Source: Escherichia coli
Lineage (GTDB): Bacteria; Pseudomonadota; Gammaproteobacteria; Enterobacterales; Enterobacteriaceae
Assembly (NCBI RefSeq): GCF_044324875.1
Contig: NZ_CP172185.1
Reading direction: 5' to 3' (one strand)
Length of the DNA stretch: 64,000 bases
The notes below the pieces were generated by a model. It was given only the letters and a program-made list of their open reading frames with translations, made no database searches and was not told where the DNA came from. Numbering within the stretch: the first letter of the stretch is position 1; each line of letters starts with the position of its first letter. A program made the translations under genes and the position numbers. Shown here one piece after another: positions 39,061-47,259 of the stretch.

Positions 39061-39663
39061 TTAATGCGCATTAGCATTCTGGCTAAAATCTATTATTGGT
39101 GCTTTACTCACAGCTGCGACGTCATCCGGCAAATAATTTTTCTTCGGTGTGTAATCCATGACCTTTGCGGTTAATACAGCGGGGAATTTGCGGATAGTGA
39201 CATTATATTGTTCAATGGCTTTAATATATCTTCCTCGCGCAACGGCAATTCTATTTTCACTTCCTTCGAGCTGTACCATTAAATTTTGATAGAGTTCCTG
39301 AGCTTTTAAATCAGGGTAACGTTCACTAATTATCGTTAACTGACCGAGAGTGCGAGACACCTGCGCCTGGGCTTGTTGCCAGGCTTGTAATTTTTGCGCA
39401 TCTCCCGGAGCTTGCTGAAGATCGCTACTGGCGCGATTAGCCTGGCTACGTGCCAATGTTACGGCTTCCAGTACCTCTTGTTCATGGCTGGAATAACCTT
39501 TAATACTGGCGACAAGATTAGGAATAAGATCGGCGCGACGTTGATATTGATTCAATACCTCAGACCAGGAGGCGTTAACCTGCTCATCATAGGTTTGAAT
39601 ATCGTTATATCCACAGCCTGATAAATTGGCAATAAATATAATTACGATGAATATCCTGAGCAT
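39061..39663 (-). CDS. LemA-family protein (probable lipoprotein)
   Basis: 200 aa. The N-terminus MLRIFIVIIFIANLSGC has a lipobox. The rest resembles the LemA family (WSEVLNQYQRRADLIPNLV...ERYPDLKA...L.G.ENRI..AR..Y). It is the first gene of a tight four-gene operon. Confidence 0.75.
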   Translation of the reverse strand: MLRIFIVIIFIANLSGCGYNDIQTYDEQVNASWSEVLNQYQRRADLIPNLVASIKGYSSHEQEVLEAVTLARSQANRASSDLQQAPGDAQKLQAWQQAQAQVSRTLGQLTIISERYPDLKAQELYQNLMVQLEGSENRIAVARGRYIKAIEQYNVTIRKFPAVLTAKVMDYTPKKNYLPDDVAAVSKAPIIDFSQNANAH

Positions 39664-39835
39664 GTCTATGTCCCTTTTAATTAATTCCTTAAAACATAAT
39701 ACGCCGCTTCATTTTATTCTTTATGATCTCATCCACTTTTTGCCTTAAACCTGCCTGTAACAGAATGTTAATAAGACATGATTGTTGTGGCAGGATCTGC
39801 AATAATTAACAATTATCCACTTCACAGAGAATGCT

Positions 39836-40507
39836 ATGCAGTACCCGATTAACGAGATGTTCCAGACCCTGCAAGGTGAGGGTTACTTTACCGGCGTCCC
39901 CGCCATTTTTATTCGTTTACAGGGATGCCCGGTTGGCTGTGCCTGGTGCGACACCAAACACACCTGGGAAAAGCTTGAGGATCGGGAAGTCTCCCTTTTC
40001 AGCATTCTGGCGAAGACCAAAGAGAGTGATAAGTGGGGGGCGGCGAGCAGTGAAGACTTGCTGGCTGTCATTGGTCGCCAGGGATACACCGCGCGGCATG
40101 TGGTGATTACGGGTGGTGAGCCTTGCATTCATGATTTGCTGCCACTGACTGACCTGCTCGAAAAGAACGGTTTTAGCTGCCAGATCGAAACCAGTGGTAC
40201 TCATGAGGTACGCTGCACACCGAATACCTGGGTTACCGTATCGCCAAAGCTGAACATGCGCGGCGGCTATGAAGTGTTGTCACAGGCACTGGAGCGAGCC
40301 AACGAAATCAAGCATCCAGTGGGACGCGTACGTGATATTGAAGCACTGGATGAACTACTGGCAACACTGACCGATGATAAACCGCGAGTCATTGCACTGC
40401 AGCCGATTAGCCAAAAGGATGATGCTACTCGTTTATGTATCGATACGTGCATTGCGCGCAACTGGCGTTTGTCGATGCAAACGCATAAATATTTAAATAT
40501 TGCCTGA
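39836..40507 (+). CDS. queE: 7-carboxy-7-deazaguanine synthase QueE (radical SAM)
   Basis: 223-aa ORF with the radical-SAM Cys motif CPVGCAWC, recognised as YgcF/QueE. Confidence 0.9.
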   Translation: MQYPINEMFQTLQGEGYFTGVPAIFIRLQGCPVGCAWCDTKHTWEKLEDREVSLFSILAKTKESDKWGAASSEDLLAVIGRQGYTARHVVITGGEPCIHDLLPLTDLLEKNGFSCQIETSGTHEVRCTPNTWVTVSPKLNMRGGYEVLSQALERANEIKHPVGRVRDIEALDELLATLTDDKPRVIALQPISQKDDATRLCIDTCIARNWRLSMQTHKYLNIA

Positions 40508-40699
40508 TTAAACATTTATAAGCGTTATAAATGGGTGGAACCTGTAAAGACTTCTACTCATTTATATTCTTTGTCGCCTCTGAAAAACCTCCATTTTGCC
40601 CATCCTGAACTAATCATTATCATTCTCTACAAATTTTATGGCGTTAATTTTTCGTTGGAGTGAAAATTATTGCGGTGAAATTTGGTAGATTTTAGTTTG

Positions 40700-40845
40700 A
40701 ATAGAGTTATTTCAAATATTTATCTTTTTAATCAATGGATTAAATGCTCTTTAACATAATGGATGTGTTGTTTGTGTGATACTGTAAAGTTGGTAGATTG
40801 TGACTGGCTTAAAAAATCATTAATTAATAATAGGTTATGTTTAGA
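40700..40845 (+). promoter_or_regulatory. CRISPR leader (type I-E, E. coli type)
   Basis: AT-rich sequence ending ...gttggtagattgtgactggcttaaaaaatcattaattaataataggttatgtttaga directly abuts repeat 1. It is recognised as the conserved E. coli I-E leader. The 5' boundary is approximate. Confidence 0.75.
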
Positions 40846-41118
40846 GAGTTCCCCGCGCCAGCGGGGATAAACCGCTTCATCTGTCGGGCTAACTGGACAA
40901 AGAAACGAGTTCCCCGCGCCAGCGGGGATAAACCGTCGGTTTGACATCAAAGAAGCCATCAATCAGGGAGTTCCCCGCGCCAGCGGGGATAAACCGGTCT
41001 GGCCATAGGAACAAAGAAATTTGTCTTTGAGTTCCCCACGTCAGCGGGGATAAACCGGACACAGAGCGCCGCTATAGCGCCTATGCCAAGAGTTCCCCGC
41101 GCCAGCGGGGATAAACCA
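40846..41118 (+). CRISPR. Orphan type I-E CRISPR array (5 repeats, 4 spacers), CRISPR2.3 position next to queE
   Basis: 29-bp repeats gagttccccgcgccagcggggataaaccg start at 40846, 40907, 40968, 41029 and 41090. Repeat 4 is a variant (ccccacgtcag) and the last repeat ends in a instead of g. The four 32-bp spacers are cttcatctgtcgggctaactggacaaagaaac, tcggtttgacatcaaagaagccatcaatcagg, gtctggccataggaacaaagaaatttgtcttt and gacacagagcgccgctatagcgcctatgccaa. Confidence 0.97.
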
Positions 41119-41620
41119 CCATATAACCCGTTATCTCTTTCTCAAGTTTTTATATTAGCAGTACTTGTAATAAGCAACATATCCACGTAACACCTCATGT
41201 TCAAAATAGTTCTCCATGCCAGAGAAGTTCACAATTATCGATACAAAAAATTAAATTTAATCAAAGTGTTATTTGTATGATTCTTAAATCGTTAAGAAAT
41301 TTTAATATATTATTTTTTTAATATTAATTAATGCCTGTTAATTTTTTCTTTAGAATAACAGTGTATTTTTTAAGCTTATTATTCATTGATTAAGTAATAA
41401 ATCTGGAAATTTGTCTTTGTTTTGAGGCTAATGAGTGATTTTACATAATCGCCTCTATACGCTGTTGATGAATAGTTCTTATGAATAAAGATATCCAGTT
41501 CATACTTTAAGTGAAAATTGATAAAGTGCGATTCGTATTGTCTTTTATTCTAAAGACATCGAGTGTAGTTAATATTCCTTGTAAAAACAGGGATAAACCG
41601 AACTAGTTAAAGTTTTTATT

Positions 41621-41709
41621 ATGTTCCCTGCATCAGCGGGGATAAACCGGACTTGTTATCATTTTTTAAGTTGTCGAACTTATGTTCCCCGCGTCAGCGG
41701 GGATAACCA
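41621..41709 (+). CRISPR. Degenerate two-repeat I-E mini-array (CRISPR2.2 position next to ygcE)
   Basis: Repeats are atgttccctgcatcagcggggataaaccg (41621-41649) and atgttccccgcgtcagcggggataacc (41682-41709, one A deleted). The 32-bp spacer between them is gacttgttatcattttttaagttgtcgaactt. A possible truncated repeat remnant cagggataaaccg lies at 41588-41600. Confidence 0.8.
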
Positions 41710-41755
41710 TTCAGGTATGTTCAGGCCGGGCAGTTTCCCGCCCGGTCTTCCTCAC

Positions 41756-43234
41756 TTACGCATTCGACCAGCTCTGGATCGAATCTTCATTCCCCAGCTC
41801 ACCATGCATCACTTCATACGATTTTTTCAGGATCACATCAGTGTGTTTGGTTAGGTCTTTGAAAATGCCTTTATTCATCGCGTTGTAGCGTTTGGCGTTG
41901 CTCTCAACAGGCATAAAGATATCTTTCACGCGAACCATTTTGTCGACAGCCGTTGCGTAATCCGGGTATAGCCCCAGACCTACCGCCGTATTAATCGCTG
42001 CCCCCAGGCTTGCACAACCATTAATGGCGTTACGGCGTGCCGGAAGGTTGAACACGTCGGCAAAAATCTGCATAAACAGATCGCTGTTCGAACCGCCGCC
42101 AGTAATGATCACATGCTTTGCAAAGTGATTCATTTCATTACACATATTGTCGTAATTGTTCTTCAGCGTCAGCGCCACGCTTTCCAGTATCGAACGATAT
42201 ATCCATGCGTAATCCATGCTGGAATCAAAGCCAATCATAATCCCGCGTTTGTACGGTTCCCACGGATTGGTCAGCCAGTCCAGCACCGTCATCAGACCAT
42301 TACAGCCTGGCGGCACACAAGAAGCTTTTTTGTTGAGTAAATCTTCCGGTGAAAGATCCTGCGCCCTGGCATCCTGAATTAACGACTCGCCTAGCATGTC
42401 GCGCAGCCAGCTCACCGTCCACATGCCTTTGCGAATACCGTAACCTTCATACAGCAAGGTTTGCGGAATAGAAGACATAATCGGCCAGTACGCTACCGGA
42501 TCTTTCGGCAGTACTTTGCCGTTCATCATCAACGCGATGTAAGTGCCAAGAGAAATTACCGCAGTTTCATCATCCAGTAACCCGGCTCCCAGTGCTTCTA
42601 CCGGTTTATCACTGGTGGTACAAACAACCGGCAGCCCAGCCGGGAAATGTGTCGCCAGCGCGGCTTGAGGAGTGATATGCCCAAGAACAGTGCCCGGCAT
42701 TTGCACATCAAACAGCATATGACGGGGGATATTAAACTTCTCCATGACTGCGGCATCTTCACTCCATGCCCAGGTCTTATAATCCACCGGCCACTGACCA
42801 AAATAGTTGGCGATATTGTCTTTAAACTCGCCGGTTAAGCGATGCGTCAGATAACCCGAAAAAGAGGTGACATATGCCACGTCAGGATTCGTATGTTCGT
42901 AAGGGCGTGTAACGCGTGCATCCTGCCAGCTAATCAACGGCGCAGCTGGCGTGCCATCGGCTTTCAATAACGCACGGCAGCAACGGATGGATCCCAGACC
43001 AATACCGACAATATCTTCTTTATTTCCGGCAAACTGACTCATCAAATCGTGACCGGCAAAGCATAATGATGCCCATAAATCGTCGTCAGGATGTTCTGCG
43101 GTATCGGCATCTGGCGTGTGCATCGGCTGCAATAAGCCTTTGCCTTCGCAAACCACATTACCTTCCAGATCGTACATCACCACTTTTGTGCTCTGACTTC
43201 CACCATCAATCCCTATGATGTATTTTTTCGACAT
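41756..43234 (-). CDS. ygcE: FGGY-family carbohydrate kinase YgcE (substrate unknown)
   Basis: 492-aa ORF with an FGGY N-terminal motif (IGIDGGSQSTK). Confidence 0.85.
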   Translation of the reverse strand: MSKKYIIGIDGGSQSTKVVMYDLEGNVVCEGKGLLQPMHTPDADTAEHPDDDLWASLCFAGHDLMSQFAGNKEDIVGIGLGSIRCCRALLKADGTPAAPLISWQDARVTRPYEHTNPDVAYVTSFSGYLTHRLTGEFKDNIANYFGQWPVDYKTWAWSEDAAVMEKFNIPRHMLFDVQMPGTVLGHITPQAALATHFPAGLPVVCTTSDKPVEALGAGLLDDETAVISLGTYIALMMNGKVLPKDPVAYWPIMSSIPQTLLYEGYGIRKGMWTVSWLRDMLGESLIQDARAQDLSPEDLLNKKASCVPPGCNGLMTVLDWLTNPWEPYKRGIMIGFDSSMDYAWIYRSILESVALTLKNNYDNMCNEMNHFAKHVIITGGGSNSDLFMQIFADVFNLPARRNAINGCASLGAAINTAVGLGLYPDYATAVDKMVRVKDIFMPVESNAKRYNAMNKGIFKDLTKHTDVILKKSYEVMHGELGNEDSIQSWSNA

Positions 43235-43260
43235 GATTTTTCTCCTGTAATTTTCTGGAC

Positions 43261-44538
43261 TTACTTGCTGCTAGCCATAGCAGGGGCGCTATCAGCAGTA
43301 CGAATTTTTTGGAACAGCAAAAAGGTAAAGACGATCACCATGGCAAGCGCCGCCATGCCCATCAGCCACATATTGCGGTAGGCTTCTGCAGCGGGCAGGG
43401 TGTCTTGCCAGTAGCCGATAATCGGGTAAACGAAGACATCCGGCAGGAATCCAATCACCGAACAAATACCTACCGTGGTGCCCATAATGTAAGACGGTGT
43501 TCTCGCTTCGCCAGGGCAGGCCCAGTACAGCCCGCGTGAGGCGTAACAGGTGAATCCCAGCAGTAAAATCAGGCCAATCCCCATCGCGACCGATTGCGGG
43601 TTAGAGTTCGTGACGAGCAGGGCAGTTAACGCCAGCAAGCCGAGTACGGAAAGGATTTGGATCACGCGGGTAGGGGATTTCACTTTGCTGTAGGTGGTGA
43701 TAATGCCACCAAGTGGGCCGCACAGTGCGCGGAAGATTTTGTTGATCACAATCCCCATGTAGCTCGCCGCCACCAGCGACATGCCGTACATTTCGGTCAG
43801 ATAGTTGGTGGAGTAACTCAGAATGGCGTAGATGGTGAAGACACCAAAAATCACCATGCTGCAATACCAGGTGGTGCTGATGCGCAAAACAGCCAGGATG
43901 TCGCTAAGCTGGAATGACTGTTTTTCTTCGTTATTGGTATTGCACAGGTTGTTGTTATCGCTAACAAAAAACCAACACAAAATGCCCAGCAGAATGTAAA
44001 CCACACTATAGATAATAATGACCGTTTTCAGGCTGGCGCTGTCATCCGGTGCAAAGCGAGAAAAGACCCACATGGTAAACACCGCCAGCGACATTACACC
44101 GACGCCGCGCAGCCCTTCCATCCAGCCCATAATTTTCCCTTGCTCGCTATGATCGCCCAGCAACGAGGCGGCTTTAATCGACACCGACCACAGCATTAAA
44201 ATAGTGGTTATCGCAAAGGCGACCTGAATACAGAGCATTACCCACAGCGGTGGATATGTTGCCATTAACAGACCCAGTAATCCGGTAATGATCATCGCGG
44301 AAGTAATCATTTTGCGGTGTGAAAATTTATCGGCAATAACGCCGCTGGGGGCATAAAGAATAATAGCCGCAATACCAAAGGTACTCATTATTAAACCTAT
44401 CTCGGTATTGCTGAATCCCATAAATTTCGCCATGGGAATTTGATAAATATAACGTAAATAAGCCAGGTCGAAACTAACGCCGCCGCTAAAACTAATTATC
44501 GCGAGGGTTATCCAACGGCGATATGAGTTGTGTTGCAT
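43261..44538 (-). CDS. yqcE: MFS transporter YqcE (substrate unknown)
   Basis: 425-aa polytopic membrane ORF upstream of, and on the same strand as, ygcE. Confidence 0.85.
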   Translation of the reverse strand: MQHNSYRRWITLAIISFSGGVSFDLAYLRYIYQIPMAKFMGFSNTEIGLIMSTFGIAAIILYAPSGVIADKFSHRKMITSAMIITGLLGLLMATYPPLWVMLCIQVAFAITTILMLWSVSIKAASLLGDHSEQGKIMGWMEGLRGVGVMSLAVFTMWVFSRFAPDDSASLKTVIIIYSVVYILLGILCWFFVSDNNNLCNTNNEEKQSFQLSDILAVLRISTTWYCSMVIFGVFTIYAILSYSTNYLTEMYGMSLVAASYMGIVINKIFRALCGPLGGIITTYSKVKSPTRVIQILSVLGLLALTALLVTNSNPQSVAMGIGLILLLGFTCYASRGLYWACPGEARTPSYIMGTTVGICSVIGFLPDVFVYPIIGYWQDTLPAAEAYRNMWLMGMAALAMVIVFTFLLFQKIRTADSAPAMASSK

Positions 44539-44562
44539 ATCGTATTCCCATTTGTAATAGAC

Positions 44563-44610
44563 AAAAAAAAGAGAAAAGTAAGCCGCCCTTTCAGGTGGAT
44601 TACTTTTCTC
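44563..44610 (-). terminator. Intrinsic terminator inside the yqcE leader (candidate attenuator)
   Basis: Minus-strand RNA reads GAGAAAAGUAA-UCCACCUGAAAGGGCGGC-UUACUUUUCUC followed by UUUUUUUU. The basal stem is a perfect 11 bp. The U-tract ends 24 nt before the yqcE ATG. Confidence 0.75.
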
Positions 44611-44716
44611 AGGTCTCTAGTAATTGCAATAAGAAATAACATGGAAAGCAGTGGTGTTGTGTGAGAGTAATCACGCTTCTGCTTTTTAAAATTATTTGAC
44701 AATTCGAATATCACAC

Positions 44717-44732
44717 TGTGATTACGATCACA
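44717..44732. promoter_or_regulatory. Consensus CRP box in the divergent yqcE / ygcW control region
   Basis: tgtgattacgatcaca is a perfect TGTGA-N6-TCACA palindrome centred between the two divergent operons. A possible -10 element (tatgat, 44749-44754) lies downstream on the + strand. Confidence 0.6.
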
Positions 44733-44785
44733 TTAGCGATTATGCCCTTATGATAAAAATTATCTCCAGTTACCAGAGATAATGA

Positions 44786-44832
44786 GAAAGGTAACTTCCC
44801 TCTCGCGGGGGAAGTTACCTTTCTTTTTTTTT
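44786..44832 (+). terminator. Intrinsic terminator inside the ygcW leader (candidate attenuator)
   Basis: GAAAGGUAACUUCCC-ucucgcgg-GGGAAGUUACCUUUC forms a 15-bp perfect stem followed by nine U. The U-tract ends 24 nt before the ygcW ATG. There is no upstream + strand gene for it to terminate. Confidence 0.8.
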
Positions 44833-44856
44833 GCCTTACGGAAATTGGAGCTAACT

Positions 44857-45642
44857 ATGTCAATCGAATCTCTCAATGCGTTCTCAATGGATTTTTTCTC
44901 CCTGAAAGGCAAAACCGCAATTGTTACCGGCGGGAATAGCGGTTTAGGCCAGGCATTTGCCATGGCGCTGGCCAAAGCAGGCGCAAATATCTTTATTCCA
45001 AGCTTCGTTAAAGATAACGGCGAAACAAAGGAAATGATTGAAAAACAGGGTGTTGAGGTGGACTTCATGCAGGTGGATATCACCGCAGAAGGCGCGCCGC
45101 AGAAGATAATCGCCGCCTGTTGCGAACGTTTCGGTACCGTCGATATTCTGATTAACAATGCCGGTATTTGTAAGCTGAATAAGGTGCTGGACTTCGGTCG
45201 TGCCGACTGGGACCCGATGATTGATGTGAACCTGACCGCCGCATTCGAGTTAAGCTATGAAGCTGCAAAAATTATGATCCCGCAGAAAAGCGGTAAAATC
45301 ATTAATATCTGTTCATTATTCTCTTACTTAGGTGGACAATGGTCACCTGCATATTCTGCCACTAAACATGCTCTTGCCGGATTCACCAAAGCTTATTGTG
45401 ATGAACTAGGTCAATATAATATTCAGGTAAATGGTATTGCCCCTGGCTATTATGCAACAGATATTACGCTGGCGACACGCAGTAATCCAGAAACTAATCA
45501 GCGCGTTCTTGATCATATTCCGGCAAACCGTTGGGGCGATACTCAGGATTTAATGGGCGCAGCCGTATTCCTCGCAAGTCCGGCTTCAAATTATGTTAAC
45601 GGGCATTTATTAGTGGTCGATGGCGGTTATTTAGTGCGCTAA
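44857..45642 (+). CDS. ygcW: Short-chain dehydrogenase/reductase YgcW (KduD-like)
   Basis: The ORF track starts at 44782, inside the leader terminator. The start is placed at the ATG at 44857 (MSIESLNAF...), preceded by SD ggag. SDR motifs TGGNSGLG and YSATK are present. Confidence 0.85.
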   Translation: MSIESLNAFSMDFFSLKGKTAIVTGGNSGLGQAFAMALAKAGANIFIPSFVKDNGETKEMIEKQGVEVDFMQVDITAEGAPQKIIAACCERFGTVDILINNAGICKLNKVLDFGRADWDPMIDVNLTAAFELSYEAAKIMIPQKSGKIINICSLFSYLGGQWSPAYSATKHALAGFTKAYCDELGQYNIQVNGIAPGYYATDITLATRSNPETNQRVLDHIPANRWGDTQDLMGAAVFLASPASNYVNGHLLVVDGGYLVR

Positions 45643-45711
45643 TCCATAACGGTGGTTTCTGTTTTCTCTTATTAATGATTATTCCATTTTTATTATCAGG
45701 AAGGAATTACT

Positions 45712-47166
45712 ATGTCTTTATCTCGCGCAGCGATTGTCGACCAGCTAAAGAAAATTGTTGGTGCAGATCGCGTAATTACCGATGAAACAGTATTAAAGAA
45801 GAACAGTATTGACCGTTTTCGCAAATTTCCGGATATTCATGGCATTTATACTTTGCCGATTCCGGCAGCGGTCGTAAAACTCGGTTCCACAGAACAAGTA
45901 TCCCGTGTGCTGAATTTTATGAATGCGCACAAAATTAACGGTGTGCCGCGTACCGGTGCTTCCGCTACCGAAGGTGGGCTGGAAACCGTTGTGGAAAACT
46001 CGGTGGTGCTCGACGGCTCTGCCATGAATCAAATCATTAATATTGATATTGAGAATATGCAGGCCACGGCGCAATGCGGAGTTCCGCTGGAAGTGCTGGA
46101 AAACGCGTTGCGTGAAAAAGGTTACACCACGGGGCATTCTCCGCAGTCAAAGCCGCTGGCGCAGATGGGCGGCCTGGTAGCAACCCGCAGTATCGGGCAG
46201 TTCTCCACACTCTACGGCGCAATCGAAGATATGGTCGTTGGTCTGGAAGCAGTATTGGCTGATGGCACCGTAACACGCATTAAAAACGTACCACGCCGCG
46301 CGGCAGGCCCGGACATTCGTCACATCATCATCGGCAACGAAGGTGCATTGTGCTATATCACTGAAGTAACAGTGAAAATCTTTAAGTTCACCCCGGAAAA
46401 CAACCTCTTCTACGGCTATATCCTGGAAGACATGAAAACCGGCTTCAACATCCTACGTGAAATCATGGTGGAAGGGTATCGTCCGTCGATCGCTCGTTTG
46501 TATGACGCTGAAGATGGCACCCAACACTTCACCCATTTTGCCGACGGAAAATGCGTGCTGATCTTTATGGCTGAAGGTAACCCTCGCATTGCGAAGGCGA
46601 CGGGCGAAGGGATTGCTGAAATCGTGGCACGTTACCCGCAATGCCAGCGAGTGGACAGCAAGCTGATCGAAACCTGGTTTAACAACCTGAACTGGGGACC
46701 GGATAAAGTAGCTGCCGAACGTGTGCAGATCCTCAAAACCGGCAACATGGGCTTTACCACCGAAGTGTCCGGCTGCTGGAGCTGCATTCACGAAATCTAC
46801 GAAAGCGTTATTAACCGTATTCGTACCGAGTTCCCGCACGCCGACGACATCACCATGCTGGGCGGTCACTCCTCTCATAGCTATCAGAACGGCACCAACA
46901 TGTACTTCGTCTACGACTACAACGTCGTTGACTGTAAGCCGGAAGAGGAAATCGACAAGTACCACAATCCGCTCAACAAAATCATCTGCGAAGAAACCAT
47001 TCGCCTCGGTGGTTCGATGGTGCACCACCACGGTATCGGTAAACATCGCGTTCACTGGAGCAAACTGGAACACGGCAGCGCGTGGGCGTTGCTGGAAGGG
47101 CTGAAAAAGCAGTTCGATCCTAACGGCATTATGAATACGGGTACTATCTATCCGATTGAAAAATAA
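45712..47166 (+). CDS. ygcU: FAD-linked oxidase YgcU (GlcD / alkyl-DHAP-synthase-like)
   Basis: 484-aa ORF with FAD-binding PCMH-type domain features, recognised as YgcU. Confidence 0.85.
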   Translation: MSLSRAAIVDQLKKIVGADRVITDETVLKKNSIDRFRKFPDIHGIYTLPIPAAVVKLGSTEQVSRVLNFMNAHKINGVPRTGASATEGGLETVVENSVVLDGSAMNQIINIDIENMQATAQCGVPLEVLENALREKGYTTGHSPQSKPLAQMGGLVATRSIGQFSTLYGAIEDMVVGLEAVLADGTVTRIKNVPRRAAGPDIRHIIIGNEGALCYITEVTVKIFKFTPENNLFYGYILEDMKTGFNILREIMVEGYRPSIARLYDAEDGTQHFTHFADGKCVLIFMAEGNPRIAKATGEGIAEIVARYPQCQRVDSKLIETWFNNLNWGPDKVAAERVQILKTGNMGFTTEVSGCWSCIHEIYESVINRIRTEFPHADDITMLGGHSSHSYQNGTNMYFVYDYNVVDCKPEEEIDKYHNPLNKIICEETIRLGGSMVHHHGIGKHRVHWSKLEHGSAWALLEGLKKQFDPNGIMNTGTIYPIEK

Positions 47167-47259
47167 TGTGTCAGGCAGCGTTCCGCGATGACGGAGCGTT
47201 GCCTTTTCGGCTTCTCAGGCGAGAAGCCGTTCTTATTACCGGACAATGAAGGGGTAAAG

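Noticed and set aside
41401-41427. Sequence atctggaaatttgtctttgttttgag resembles spacer 3 of the upstream array (gtctgg...gaaatttgtctttgag): a possible self-target or relic spacer
   Set aside because: Only a 13-14-nt exact match plus a 5-mer are shared, in AT-rich DNA. No repeat sequence follows, and the match covers the PAM-distal rather than the seed end. The chance expectation across the window is not negligible (roughly 0.1). I treated it as coincidence or at most an ancient relic.
41119-41620. 500-bp AT-rich gap between the two CRISPR arrays, scanned for small ORFs (e.g. minus-strand MENYFEHEVLRGYVAYYKYC, plus-strand MFKIVLHAREVHNYRYKKLNLIKVLFV) or a second leader
   Set aside because: The candidate ORFs lack convincing Shine-Dalgarno sequences, and I recognise no family similarity. 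The sequence does not resemble the conserved I-E leader. The evidence is insufficient to call a gene.
41621-41888. Two ORFs beginning MFPASAGI... (41621 and 41682)
   Set aside because: Both start inside the degenerate CRISPR repeats (atgttcccc...agcgggga translates to MFPASAG) and then run antisense into ygcE. They are artefacts of the repeat sequence.
44782-44856. 25-codon N-terminal extension of ygcW given by the ORF track (MRKVTSLSRGKLPFFFFALRKLELT)
   Set aside because: The extension is the translated leader terminator hairpin and U-tract. A proper SD (ggag) precedes the internal ATG at 44857, which matches the known YgcW N-terminus.
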